From assembly GCA_001938485.1 (NCBI GenBank), contig MQRK01255104.1, positions 1-64,000 of the forward strand: 64,000 nt of DNA. The letters run 5' to 3'. Positions within the stretch are counted from its first letter, which is position 1. Each line of letters starts with the position of its first letter. Position numbers and translations under genes: made by a program. Shown piece by piece: positions 53,101 through 61,742 of this stretch. The notes beneath the pieces were generated by a model, which was not told the origin of the DNA, did not search any database, and worked only from the letters and a program-made list of their open reading frames with translations. Source of the stretch: Girardia tigrina (Eukaryota).

Positions 53101-56100
53101 CGGCAATTCCAAGTGGTAAACCGTCTAATATTGTTCAACAATCTTTAACTCCATTGTAAGTTTTCTATTATTTATTTTTTTAAAATTATTTTATATAAAT
53201 TAACTATTTTATATGTTTATTTAAACGAAAGGAAAGTATTTAAAATCTATTTATATTCTTATATTTAAAAAAGTGTATTTTTAAATTCATTGTGACGATT
53301 TTTGATACCTATAATTTACATTTTCTTGATCGATGTATTTTATTTCTCATTTATTTCTTTTACATTGTTGTTTTAATTTTGTCACAAATTAACGAAGACA
53401 GACAAAAATATTTGGTTTATTTTTCTGTTATTTTACCGGTGTACCATCGTTTGAAATGGATTTTTATACTTTCAACATCTTGAGGTTTCCAGATTATTTT
53501 TCTACATAAATAGTTTTAAGAAAAACAGGTATTATTTTCCGACGAAAGTTTTAAAATAAATGTGTATTTCGAGTGGTCAACGTAAAAATCATCATGATCT
53601 TATAATTTTGATTAACTTATGACTGAAAATAACAGGGTTAAACTTTTACATTGATTTCCAAAACAGACGTTCAATAAAACTGAATACTATTTACAAGTTT
53701 TTCACTTCAAGTTAAAACATGACCATAAAACCTTTACATTTTATATATCATTATGGACACTAAATAATATTACATTCAGTCCTTAAATAATGTTATCCTG
53801 GAGTCACATAATGTAACATTGGGGATAACATCAATTCATAATGCCATGAATAAGCTTAAAATAACACTCAAATGCGCAACAATTCAGCTTTAGGATAGGA
53901 ATTCACGCCGAGTTCTAGTCAAAAGGGCCGAATACACCTTACATTTCTTGAGAACCGTTCCCCAGGATCGGAGATCGATAATATTTATCGATGAATCCGG
54001 GTTCAATTACCACATGCGGCGAAGAAAGGCAAGGTAAAGGGTCAACACATCAGAGATTTGGCGGTTCCAACAAATAGAGGAAGAAACGTTTCGTTGGTTG
54101 CTGTGATGAATGCGGAAGGATAATATACCATGAAATAATCCAAAAGTCGGCGGTGAATTCTGTAATTTTTAGTAACTTCTTGAGAAATTTGCTTCAAAAA
54201 CTCCAGGAAAAAGCGTTGAATTCGAATTGGTTGGTTATGGTTAATGCTAGGATTCATCATACTCGGGAGGTGTCAGAGGTTTTAGAGGGAACTGATCATA
54301 CCCTGATATTTCTATCTCCCTATTCTCCAAAGATGAAGCCCGTAGAAAAGGTCTTTTCGAAAGTCAAGCTTTGAGCCAGAAACTTTTTGACACATCCATC
54401 GAATATCTTTCTTTAATGCATGTAATTGGGGAATCTATCGCTACTGTTACACCTACGGACTGTAAAAACTATTACTCGAATATGTGCGTGAAGTTGCCGG
54501 CTGCTGTTGCTAAAGAGTCTTTATGATTTTTATATACATTTATATGCATTACATGTACATATTATGTACATTTTTATGTATTAAATTGTCAGAATCGTAT
54601 TTTTTTGTACTTGTTGAATTTTGTTTTGAAACTATTCATTACTAGATTTTCTATTTAGTGATGATGTTTCTCCGGATATTTTTATATGATTATCAACATA
54701 TTATAATGTGTTTATTTATAATTAGTTTTATTTTATTTTATGTGTTTGGATTAACTTCATTATTATAAAAGATTTATGATCTTGGTTTAACTTGAAATGA
54801 AAAAGGTTTAACTTGAAGTGAAAAACCTGTATTGAGCAGCGATAACAATGATCTTAAGAATGCAGATTGACTTTGGTTTCCAAAATGGCCTTCCTTAGTC
54901 TGAACACAGCTTTAGATGTTTGGTGAAGTTTTCTATGATAAACTGTAGCTCCGTTACTGCGATTTTACCCAATTCCGAATTTTAATTAAAAGTGTTTTAT
55001 AAAGCATGTAAAGACAAGCAAAACAAAGAATTAATTTTAGTTGTACGAAAAGTAGCTGCATTATTTTATCATTATATTTTTAAGTATTTGCATTTATTTA
55101 TAATAGAAAGTTTTTTATCACTTTCAATGATCATTTATTGGAAAGATAATAATTTCTCGCCAATTAAATTTCTCAATTAATCATCGCGACTTATTAATAA
55201 AATATTCTCAAATAAGGAAATTCATAGCGCGGTTGTAAATCATCAATGTTTTATTTGATTAATTATTTTGTTTTAATCGTACTCTTGAGTTACTACTTCC
55301 AATGTTCTATAATATGTCGATTATTTGATCAAATAAAATTGTTTTAGCAATTGTTCATTTACTAAATGGGTTGATTCAAATTATTATTCAAAAAAATTCA
55401 AGTCAAATAAAAATTAAAACAATGAAATCTTCTTTAGATTGTTTCTGAATTTAATCATTCTCTCTCCATGAGTAATTTGTCCTGGGAACTGTCGTACTGA
55501 GCTATCAATGCTGACGATTTACTGTTAACACTGGTTTGAATTTTGTTACTCCACTGTTTTTATTAGGTAAACTGTTTTTTAAGAGATTTGAGAATAATTT
55601 TTCTCATATGTTTTTTTGTCGGTCCACAAATACGAAACATTTATGTATGCATATCACCAGTGTTTTCACAACCAATGAGGTCTGGATGAATGAATTCCCT
55701 TTGATATATCTGTTTTATAAAACTGATCCTTCATGTCTGCTGTTAAAAACCGTGGCACGAAGCGTGAACACAATTTTCTAATTCCAGTTTTCGCAAGTAG
55801 TGATTGTATGGTACCTGTGCTGACATTTAATCGCATTGTCAGTTCTCTTGTGGTGCTTCGTCGCTCACACTGTACGATTTTCTTGAGTTTTTTCGCTATT
55901 TCTTCACCAATTTCACGTGGCCTACCTGACTTTTCTTCATTAAAAACAGACGTTCGACCATCTCGAAAATGGTTGAACCATTGTTTGATAGTAGATATGG
56001 ACTAAACAGAACTAAGCTCCACGAATATTTCTTCCCGGCTTTTCCCTTTCATTAACAAGAAACGAATTTCTTGAAAAAAAGAAAATCGATATTGGACGTT

Positions 56101-57090
56101 TTCCAATGACATTTTCGAATTTATGCGCTCTCTTATCTAAACACAAATAATAGATTAAAACAAATATCACAAATATTACCTTAATAATTTGCTTGTTATG
56201 AAAAAATATTCATTGGAATAAAAATATTATTTCTATGTTAGGCTCACTACTTATTGAGCGCACCACGTATCTTACGTAAAATTAATGCCGTTAGAACACT
56301 TTTTGGACCATGAGATTTTATTAACAATACTTCACATGATATTTCAATTATTTTTACAGTGCTTGTATAATCTTAAAACTAGTACAACTCCACTTACATT
56401 TACAAGTTTTCCTATGCTCATCAATATTACTTTTGTCCCCTTTATATGCGTGCTGTTGAGTTCATTTACAGAGATGATGGGTAGTATTGTAAATAATTCC
56501 CTAACACAATATCAAAATGAGATTGAGATATACTATTTTAAAATTAAAAAAATATTTTGTTGCTTCTCCACCATATATTTATAGATGTCATCACGTTCTT
56601 AATGGTGTTAATTAATTTATATTTTTGATTTTATATTTATTTTATACAAATTTTTCTCAATCTACCATAATTTCAAATGTGTCACTTCTCTTGAAATGGT
56701 TTGGAACACCGCTGATACTTATAAATTTTGGTTGCAATAATCTAATTTTGTCAACTTGAATGCAAAAAATTTTTCGTAACTAAAGAGAAAATATTAATTT
56801 TCAATATAAAGAGAACAATATAAACATAGAAATATCAATTGAAATCTTTTGTGCCTTTATATTTGATTTATTTATTTGTTGATTATATATCTAGTATGAA
56901 TCAGTTGTATGGTATTTCCTTATTCAGATTAAAATTTTCAATAGTTTGAATTTATCTTTTGATGTTTTACTTATGACTTACTTTAAAAACAAATACTGCT
57001 TTATAATAATTTTTCAGGCGACCAACCTCTTCTAATCCCAATCTATTGGCAGCCAATAATGCCCCACCAATACCTCCAAGACCATCCTAA
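7327..57090 (+). CDS. DNM: Classical dynamin (GTPase-stalk-PH-GED-PRD), 16 exons, 2463 nt CDS, ~820 aa
   Basis: G1 [10 protein letters not shown]2 GIVTRRP, G3 DLPG, G4 TKLD; stalk NIHGVRTGLFTPD and [12 protein letters not shown]; PH IRKGWL...[14 protein letters not shown]; [18 protein letters not shown]; PRD ending PPIPPRPS*. All exon phases are compatible. Confidence 0.95.
7764..7935 (+). pseudogene. Degenerate tandem duplicate of the 3' part of dynamin exon 1 plus the intron start
   Basis: AAATTGCGGTTGTGTGGAGTCAGAGTGTCGACAAAAAATAGTGTT...TCGGTCGGTCAGAAT matches ~7427-7500 with substitutions and indels; the AT-rich sequence that follows also matches. Confidence 0.8.
8850..10094 (-). mobile_element. 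mariner transposon, full length (1245 bp), frameshifted transposase
   Basis: TA-flanked TIRs TTAGGTTATTGCAAAAG.../...TTGCAACAACCTAA; motifs [14 protein letters not shown] and [16 protein letters not shown] spread over three ORFs. Confidence 0.95.
11325..11398 (+). CDS. DNM: dynamin exon 2
   Basis: TTAG| [24 protein letters not shown] |GTAGA. Confidence 0.95.
11451..11600 (+). CDS. DNM: dynamin exon 3
   Basis: TTTCAG| [49 protein letters not shown] |GTAATT. Confidence 0.95.
11935..12566 (+). mobile_element. RTE-clade LINE 3' fragment (5'-truncated)
   Basis: [10 protein letters not shown]...LLGFESWT...[11 protein letters not shown]...RRKLKFYG...[13 protein letters not shown]...W is the typical RTE RT C-terminus; ends in a (GAA)-rich tail. 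Confidence 0.85.
12760..14068 (-). mobile_element. Degenerate hAT-like transposon with CGGBP1-like N-terminus
   Basis: MPPK...[33 protein letters not shown] resembles the CGGBP1/BED finger; IADETTD and FVCDGARY fit the hAT DDE core; candidate terminus TAAGGCCTTGAC at ~14068. Confidence 0.7.
14077..14241 (-). repeat. 3' LTR (165 bp)
   Basis: Direct repeat of 15940-16105; preceded on the minus strand by AAAAGGGGGGCTTG. Confidence 0.95.
14278..15906 (-). CDS. boule: Chimeric ORF: unknown N-terminus + Boule RRM + P/Q/S/T-rich tail + Gypsy integrase GPY/F tail; one in-frame TAA at 15319-15321
   Basis: [15 protein letters not shown]...FFSNYGSIK...[18 protein letters not shown]...[10 protein letters not shown] matches BOLL/DAZL ([14 protein letters not shown]...VNDRAGVSKGYGFVTFE...KLNIGPAIRK). 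ORFs 15319-15906 and 14278-15297 are in the same frame. The C-terminus RFDGPYKIV...VNKKRIRF is a GPY/F motif. Confidence 0.85.
15926..15937 (-). promoter_or_regulatory. Primer-binding site (tRNA-Leu type)
   Basis: TGGTGTCAGAAG starts 2 nt after the 5' LTR; complementary to the tRNA-Leu 3' end ...CUUCUGACACCA. Confidence 0.8.
15940..16105 (-). repeat. 5' LTR (166 bp)
   Basis: Direct repeat of 14077-14241. Confidence 0.95.
18595..19850 (+). mobile_element. hAT (Buster/SPIN/GTF2IRD2-like) 5' fragment
   Basis: TIR CAGAGGTCTCCAAACTACGGCCCGCG; [15 protein letters not shown]..., [20 protein letters not shown]; frameshifted and truncated. Confidence 0.85.
19930..20348 (+). mobile_element. Possible MULE-like 3' end fragment
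   Basis: Repeated CCAAATAGTATCAC subterminal motifs and a terminus ...GTGATACTATTTGGCGATATCCG; weak transposase C-terminal similarity. Confidence 0.35.
21449..21622 (-). pseudogene. Timeless/timeout N-terminal fragment
   Basis: [58 protein letters not shown] aligns to TIMELESS LIRYLRHEDETRDVRQQLG...[20 protein letters not shown]; no flanking splice sites seen. Confidence 0.7.
22729..23031 (+). CDS. DNM: dynamin exon 4
   Basis: CACAG| [14 protein letters not shown]...[12 protein letters not shown]...LPLRR |GTAAG. Confidence 0.95.
23842..24759 (+). mobile_element. mariner transposon, internally deleted (918 bp)
   Basis: TA-flanked TIRs TTGGGTTGTTGCATAAGTTCCCGCCGTT; the HTH region to CVPHEL jumps straight to [16 protein letters not shown], so the first two catalytic Asp are lost. 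Confidence 0.92.
25305..25744 (+). CDS. DNM: dynamin exon 5
   Basis: ATAG| [16 protein letters not shown]...[13 protein letters not shown]...[19 protein letters not shown] |GTATGT. Confidence 0.95.
26076..26116. repeat. (TA)n microsatellite
   Basis: Pure TA run. Confidence 0.95.
26717..27180 (-). mobile_element. Gypsy pol fragment (pre-RT linker)
   Basis: [27 protein letters not shown]; truncated at a copy of the GGCTTGTATTTAATTGATCAG terminus (26716). Confidence 0.6.
28224..31975 (+). mobile_element. Gypsy LTR retrotransposon, gag/protease deleted, with RT, RNase H and integrase
   Basis: TSD CTGAT (28219-23, 31976-80); [24 protein letters not shown]; RNase [18 protein letters not shown]; integrase [21 protein letters not shown]; PPT AACAGGGGGG before the 3' LTR (31813-31975); contains N gaps. 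Confidence 0.92.
28334..28822. repeat. ~490-nt near-perfect inverted repeat inside the 5' LTR
   Basis: Arms of ~240 nt are reverse complements; apex TTATTC-TTCG-GGATAA at 28575-28590. Confidence 0.92.
32150..33045 (-). mobile_element. maT/DD37D-like Tc1-mariner element, internally deleted
   Basis: TA-flanked TIRs CAGGCTGTTCTGTTTAAATTGAG / CTCAATTTAAACGGAAAACCCTA; degenerate [57 protein letters not shown]. Confidence 0.75.
33616..33683 (+). CDS. DNM: dynamin exon 6
   Basis: ATAG| [23 protein letters not shown] |GTAAGT. Confidence 0.93.
33737..33875 (+). CDS. DNM: dynamin exon 7
   Basis: TTAG| [15 protein letters not shown]...IRRNSQK |GCAATT (GC donor). Confidence 0.9.
33922..34079 (+). CDS. 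DNM: dynamin exon 8
   Basis: ATAG| [13 protein letters not shown]...[14 protein letters not shown] |GTAAGT. Confidence 0.93.
35452..35680 (-). pseudogene. H2B: Histone H2B pseudogene fragment
   Basis: [57 protein letters not shown], then a frameshifted LAKNA; N-terminus missing; degenerate 3' stem-loop. Confidence 0.85.
37022..37477 (+). mobile_element. GC-rich 456-bp insertion encoding two C2H2 zinc fingers
   Basis: CQHC-x12-H-x4-H at 37025-37090 and CPFRGC-x12-H-x4-H at 37255-37326; flanked by ACATAA direct repeats; interrupts the Gypsy RNase H. Confidence 0.7.
39555..39720 (-). mobile_element. pogo/Tigger transposase C-terminal relic
   Basis: [10 protein letters not shown]...[23 protein letters not shown]. 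Confidence 0.6.
39838..39975. mobile_element. hAT-type (Charlie-like) MITE end
   Basis: Three GGGGTCTAC subterminal repeats and terminus AAAAAGTTTGGGAACC. Confidence 0.5.
41075..42225 (+). mobile_element. mariner (irritans-like TIRs), deleted and degenerate
   Basis: TA|TGAGGGGTGTTTCAAAAGTTCACGG / CCGCGAACTTTTGGGACACCTCTCG|TA; [31 protein letters not shown]. Confidence 0.9.
43351..44626 (-). mobile_element. mariner transposon, full length (1276 bp), disrupted transposase
   Basis: Perfect 30-bp TIRs TTAGGGTGAACCAAAAGTCTTTTCGTATTT with TA TSD; [24 protein letters not shown]. Confidence 0.95.
44929..44974 (+). CDS. DNM: dynamin exon 9
   Basis: TTTCAG| [15 protein letters not shown] |GTAATT. 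Confidence 0.88.
45104..45214 (+). CDS. DNM: dynamin exon 10 (PH)
   Basis: TTAG| [37 protein letters not shown] |GTAATA. Confidence 0.93.
45257..45490 (+). CDS. DNM: dynamin exon 11 (PH)
   Basis: TCAG| ETEVKYM...[19 protein letters not shown] |GTAACA. Confidence 0.93.
45543..45689 (+). CDS. DNM: dynamin exon 12 (GED)
   Basis: TAAG| [30 protein letters not shown]...[11 protein letters not shown] |GTTTAT. Confidence 0.9.
46412..46645. mobile_element. piggyBac-type MITE (234 bp)
   Basis: TTAA TSD; TIRs TCCCTTTACCGTG / CACGGTAAAGGAG; three palindromic CGAGTTAACTCG subterminal repeats. Confidence 0.85.
47130..47502 (+). mobile_element. DINE-1/HINE-like (Helentron-associated) element, gapped
   Basis: Sub-TIR AGCGCAATTTCC (47130) and its inverse GGAAATTGCGCT (47475); short (GGAT)n microsatellite; T-run flanks. 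Confidence 0.55.
48852..48908 (+). CDS. DNM: dynamin exon 13 (GED)
   Basis: TTTTAG| [19 protein letters not shown] |GTAAGA. Confidence 0.85.
49280..50358. mobile_element. Non-coding element with TG...CA ends and long terminal inverted repeats
   Basis: Left (T)TGGAGGAATATTTTGAAT...GTTGATTCGGAATTGTG...CAGATGG is the inverse of right CCATCTG...CACAATCCGAATCAAC...ATTCCTCACA; flanks TACAT/TTCAT; related termini at ~8533-8637 and ~16296-16400. Confidence 0.55.
52805..52966 (+). CDS. DNM: dynamin exon 14
   Basis: ATAG| [31 protein letters not shown]...[13 protein letters not shown] |GTATAA. Confidence 0.92.
53019..53155 (+). CDS. DNM: dynamin exon 15 (PRD)
   Basis: TTAG| [14 protein letters not shown]...[12 protein letters not shown]...SLTP |GTAAGT. 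Confidence 0.85.
53694..54829 (+). mobile_element. Tc1/IS630-like transposon, deleted
   Basis: TA-flanked TIRs CAAGTTTTTCACTTCAAGTTAAA / TTTAACTTGAAGTGAAAAACCTG; [36 protein letters not shown]. Confidence 0.85.
55730..56267 (-). mobile_element. mariner 5' half
   Basis: TIR TA|CGTGGTGCGCTCAATAAGT; [24 protein letters not shown]...[13 protein letters not shown]. Confidence 0.75.
57018..57090 (+). CDS. DNM: dynamin exon 16 (PRD, stop)
   Basis: TTTCAG| [23 protein letters not shown]; AATAAA at 57208. Confidence 0.88.
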
Positions 57091-57689
57091 AAATACATTG
57101 TGATTCCGTACATATTTCGATGATTTACTCTCTTGTGTATTAGTGACATTTTCTTTAACGTTCATTCCTCGAAAAAATCGCTATAATAACTCGGTAAATA
57201 TATGTATAATAAATGGTTGGCCCCATTAATGATTCGTGTAATAATAATTTTATACGATTTTAACTTAATTTATTTCTTATTTCTTTAAAAAGAGTAAGCA
57301 AAACTATGTTGTATTCCAATTGAATTATATACTGAAGTAAAAAATATTGTTGAATAATCAATTTAATTTTTAATAATAATATCTGTTCTATTTTTATTGA
57401 AAAAAATAAAATGCAACGAATTATTAAAAACAAGCAAACAGAAATTGGGTTAGAATATACTTTTAGAAGAGTAGTCGTAGTTGCCGTTGTGCTTCTGAAA
57501 CAGGCGTGTTTGTGATGTATGCGACTGTGTGTTTCTATGCATTCCATAGGAACAGCAAGCCGGTGTGTCTTATAATCCATTGGTCCATTTCTTATTTCCA
57601 TATTAATCAGCTTGAGTCAGTTTATAATGTATTTTTTAAACGCCTTCTTGAGTTATAGGTAAAAAAGCGACTGATAATATCAATAATAA

Positions 57690-59465
57690 ATGTCCCAATC
57701 GATTCTCTACAATAAATCTGTGAATTCCGATTTACCAGTTCTCGAAATCAAGGTATTCAAACGAAAACTCAGGATTTATATTGGAATATCAATTGTTTTG
57801 TTTTTGATTCTGGTTGTTATTTGCATTGTTTTGGTGTTGCTGTGGTTGGGTTTAATTAACAAAAAACCAGTCGTTATTTTGAATCGATTTGTGAAAGTAA
57901 AATGTGGATTAATTGAAGGAAATATAAATAAAGGAATAGTTGAGTTTCTGGGGATTCCATACGCGTATCCTCCGGTTGACAGCAGACGGTTTGTCCACGC
58001 GCAGGAGATTCTGACTGAAAAGGGCTGTAGAGAGGTTTATGGAGATTTATCAGGTGTTTATCTGGCGAAAAAATATAAACCATCCTGTATTCAATATAAT
58101 AAGTTGAATAATAATTTGATTGGGAATGAAGATTGTCTCTATCTGAATATTTATTCCCCATCAAGTTCCAAGGATCAAAAGTTGCCCGTTATTTTTGTGA
58201 TTAGTGGTGTGTTTTTTGCGTATGGGAGCGCTGATACGCCCGGATTAAATATCATTCCTGAAGTCGTTTTGGCAACAGAAGCGATACATGTGACGTCGAA
58301 TTATAGACTTGGTCCAATGAATTCGATCATCAATCCCGAAACAAAAGAAACCAATCACGGTTTGTCGGATCAATTGTTGGCACTCACGTGGATCCGGAAA
58401 AACATTGCTTTTTTTGGTGGAGATCCATCGAATGTCATCATTTATGGAATCGGATCGGGATCGACGATTGCATTGGCTTTATTGAATTCAAATAGAGCAG
58501 TTAATTTGTTTTCAAAAATTTGGGTTTCCAATCCCATTATCAAAATAGAAGATACATTAGAGGAGGTTTTTAAAAATCAAGAGAAGTATATAAGTGATGT
58601 AAAAAAATTAGACGATTTTCAAAAATCAATAAAAATCGAAGATATTTATCGGAATTGGACATGGAATAATGTTGAAAGAGTGTTGGAAGATCGTTGGTTC
58701 ACTTTTCCAAGTAGAGAAGAAAGGAAAGAAATTAATCGTTTGCATTTTCTGTTGGTTGATAAAGATTTCATAACGGATTCATATTTATTGAAAAAAACGT
58801 CATTGAATCGAAATATTCCTTTAGTGATTGGAAATAATGCCAACGAAGTGGATATCTTTCCATCGCCAAAAAGCGTTAGGTTTTGGGAGTTGAGTTATTT
58901 TAGAGATTTTGTAACTATGAAAATGAAAAAATTTTCCACGTTTTCTAATAAAACTTTTTTTGAGGTTTTCGATAGTATTTATGCGAAAGATAAAAGTGTG
59001 CCTGCTGAAGACGGTTACACGAGAATGGTGACGGATATAAGAATAACTTGTCCCATAAATTCATTGTTGAAGAAAGTTATGGGATATTCAACTAATCAGC
59101 CTATTTATCGATACATTCTTGAAGACAATCATGAATATTTTGATTATTTTGATTTGAAATATTCGAATAAATTGGCAGCATATGCTTGGGACAGTATTCT
59201 TTATCTTCATGGATACAAAACTCATTCTGATTACGGAAAATATGACGAAAAAGAAATAAATATGAGTAAAATTCTTAATAAAGCTATGAGAGATTTTGCT
59301 TGGAACGATGAATTGAACGACATGGCCATTAGTAAAGATGGAAATGTGATTGTAAATTTAATTAAAAATGGAAAATTTTTTCGAGAATGTTATTTTAAAG
59401 CAAACGAATGTAAAATGTGGGAAACTCACATGAATGGTACTGAACAATTTTTGTGGTCTGTTTGA
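57690..59465 (+). CDS. Type-B carboxylesterase-fold protein, type II membrane anchor, probably non-catalytic (neurotactin-like)
   Basis: 591-aa uninterrupted ORF; hydrophobic segment at aa ~29-57; FLGIPYAYPP, EDCLYLNIYSP, NYRLG, DQLLALTWIRKNIAFFGGDPSNV; nucleophile elbow reads GIGSG instead of GxSxG. Confidence 0.88.
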   Translation: MSQSILYNKSVNSDLPVLEIKVFKRKLRIYIGISIVLFLILVVICIVLVLLWLGLINKKPVVILNRFVKVKCGLIEGNINKGIVEFLGIPYAYPPVDSRRFVHAQEILTEKGCREVYGDLSGVYLAKKYKPSCIQYNKLNNNLIGNEDCLYLNIYSPSSSKDQKLPVIFVISGVFFAYGSADTPGLNIIPEVVLATEAIHVTSNYRLGPMNSIINPETKETNHGLSDQLLALTWIRKNIAFFGGDPSNVIIYGIGSGSTIALALLNSNRAVNLFSKIWVSNPIIKIEDTLEEVFKNQEKYISDVKKLDDFQKSIKIEDIYRNWTWNNVERVLEDRWFTFPSREERKEINRLHFLLVDKDFITDSYLLKKTSLNRNIPLVIGNNANEVDIFPSPKSVRFWELSYFRDFVTMKMKKFSTFSNKTFFEVFDSIYAKDKSVPAEDGYTRMVTDIRITCPINSLLKKVMGYSTNQPIYRYILEDNHEYFDYFDLKYSNKLAAYAWDSILYLHGYKTHSDYGKYDEKEINMSKILNKAMRDFAWNDELNDMAISKDGNVIVNLIKNGKFFRECYFKANECKMWETHMNGTEQFLWSV

Positions 59466-59642
59466 AGATTCGTTTTATAATTTCTTAAAGTTATACCAAG
59501 ATTAATGTAGTTAACAATTTTTATTCTTTGTTTAAATTTATTATTTGTAGTTGTCGGTTTATTATTTAAGTTAGTTTTTTTAATGAAAATCATCTCGTTT
59601 GACATTTTTTTAATGAAAAATTATGTTTTTCCCCTTTATATA

Positions 59643-61635
59643 CAGTGTCTACTCTCTCATCCGCCAAAAAGGGACTTCAAAAAAATGTGGCGGTTGAGAG
59701 AAAATAAAATTAAAGACAAAGTTTATTTTTTAATTAACAAATCATACAACGTTGATTTTTTCTTACTATTTTTTTAAAGCCTTACTAATTTCATTAATAC
59801 CAATCGCTTACTATTTTTCTTTTTTTTTCTTATCTTACCTTTTTTTTAAAGCTTTACTAATTTCATTAATACCAATCGCTGCATTTGGGTCAAAGAGTCC
59901 TTCTTGATTAAAATAGTCTTTTATCACTTGAAAAGCACTGTATACTTCCTTTTTAGTAACTTTTTTTTCCATTATTTCTTGATCTTCTTCATCATAAACT
60001 TCACCATTTATACTATTATCAAGAGAAATATTGTTTTCTTCGTCTGCAATGCTCAACATCACGTCTGTTTCATCAAAATCCAGCTCGTTAAACTCTTTTT
60101 CATCAATTGGATCCAAGATATTAGTTTTCAGTATAAATTCATCAAATACATCAACTTCGTATTGATCATTTATTTCTATCTTTTGTTTCCCAATACCAAT
60201 TAGCATGTTTAAAACAATTTGCAATTGTCGAAATTGTTAATTCATGCCAAGAAAAACTTATCCAAACTACTGCATCTTTTATTGTAAGTTATTTGTAAGA
60301 ATCAAAAACATTACATCCACTTTCAACTTTTTCAATAATATCGGACAATTTTGCATTGGTAAAAATTGATTTAAAACACTTTATTACTCCTTGATCTAAC
60401 GGCTGTAGCGTTGCTGTTAAATTTGCTGACAAAAACAAAATTTCTATGTATTTTAAATCAACACGATGTGACGGACAATTATCAATAACCAATAAAATTT
60501 TTGTTTTTGTCTTCAAAAGTTCCAAATCCCATTCCAACAGCCATTTGTTAAAAATTGCGGCTGTCATCCAAGCTCTTGATAAATTTACATATTTTACATG
60601 TCTCAATAGGAAATTGCTTAAGACAACGTGGTTTTTTTAAATTTCCCGATGACTACCGGTTTTGGCTTATTCTTTCCCTCCATATTTGTACACAAAAGAA
60701 TAGATATTCTATCTTTCAATATTTTATACCCGCTTCTCATATTTTTACACAAAGTTTTAGAAGGAATGAGTTTATAAAAAATGCCAGTTTCATCGGCATT
60801 GTATACATTATCCGGACCATAAGAACAAATTTTACTATTTAAAACATTTAAAAAATCTTCATTATTTGGAAGTGATGTTGTAAAAGATTCTCCATGTAAC
60901 TTCCTCAGCTTAAGTTCATGCCTTGCTTTGAATTTTAGCAGTCATCCAACTGATCCTTTGAAGTTCATGATATTTTGAGTCTTTGCGATCGATAAAGCTT
61001 TGTTTATTAATATGCTGTCATTAATTATTCCACCCGCAGAATCAATAAAGTCTTTCCACGCAGATAATTCCTCTTCTATTTTTCCATATTTTAATATCGG
61101 ATTGCGATATTAAAATTTGATTCTAAATTCACATTTTTTAATAAATCGTCTTTATTTCTTCTTAAATCATTGATAAACTTGTTTTTTAAATTTATGCTCA
61201 AACATGGAGGCAATTTGATTGTCTGTTACGTGTGGATTAGCGTCACAATACCGTATAATTTCGATTTTTTCACTGATTGTAAGTCTGACACATTTTCTTT
61301 TGGATATGTTATTCATGGTCAATTTTGTCAATTTCTTTGATTTTTAAATTCGCCAATAATTGATATTTATCTGATATTTAAACAATAATTGATATTTAAA
61401 AGCATATTTAAAAGCATGTATATTTCTAAATTAAACACTTTCTAAAATTATCCCATTTTAAATCTGAAAAAAGTCAATTTTGTATTCCCTGATTCATGAG
61501 GTTAAGAAAAAAAATGGCAACTGAGAGAAAATAGCGGTTAGGAGAATTTTTCTTAATACATGAGATTTTATAAAATCGTGGCGGTTGAGAGAAAATGGTG
61601 CTTTGTAGAGTTGGCGGTTGAGGGAGTAAATACTG
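59643..61635 (-). mobile_element. Tigger/pogo (CENP-B-like) transposon, degenerate
   Basis: TA|CAGTGTCTACTCTCTCATCCGCC / GGCGGTTGAGGGAGTAAATACTG|TA; MNNISKRKCVRLTISEKIEI (ATG 61316), DETGIF, AWMTAAIF, IDNCPSH, LQPLDQGVI. Confidence 0.92.
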
Positions 61636-61639
61636 TATG

Positions 61640-61742
61640 TTTTACTGTCCAATTTCGTATCACAAGTTTTAGCCCTAAAGAGGGCCGTATGTCCTTCTCC
61701 TTCGTCTCGCAGCAGTTTCACTCCCACGTGGATCTCTCTGCT
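61640..61742 (-). pseudogene. H2B: Histone H2B 3' relic with histone stem-loop
   Basis: SREIHVGVKLL, similar at the DNA level to ~35513-35548; GGCCCT-CTTT-AGGGCT stem-loop at 61686-61671. Confidence 0.6.

Noticed and set aside
57260-57601. 113-aa minus-strand ORF and other short AT-rich ORFs in the track
   Set aside because: Low-complexity I/L/F/K-rich translations typical of chance ORFs, or antisense shadows of real genes and transposons.
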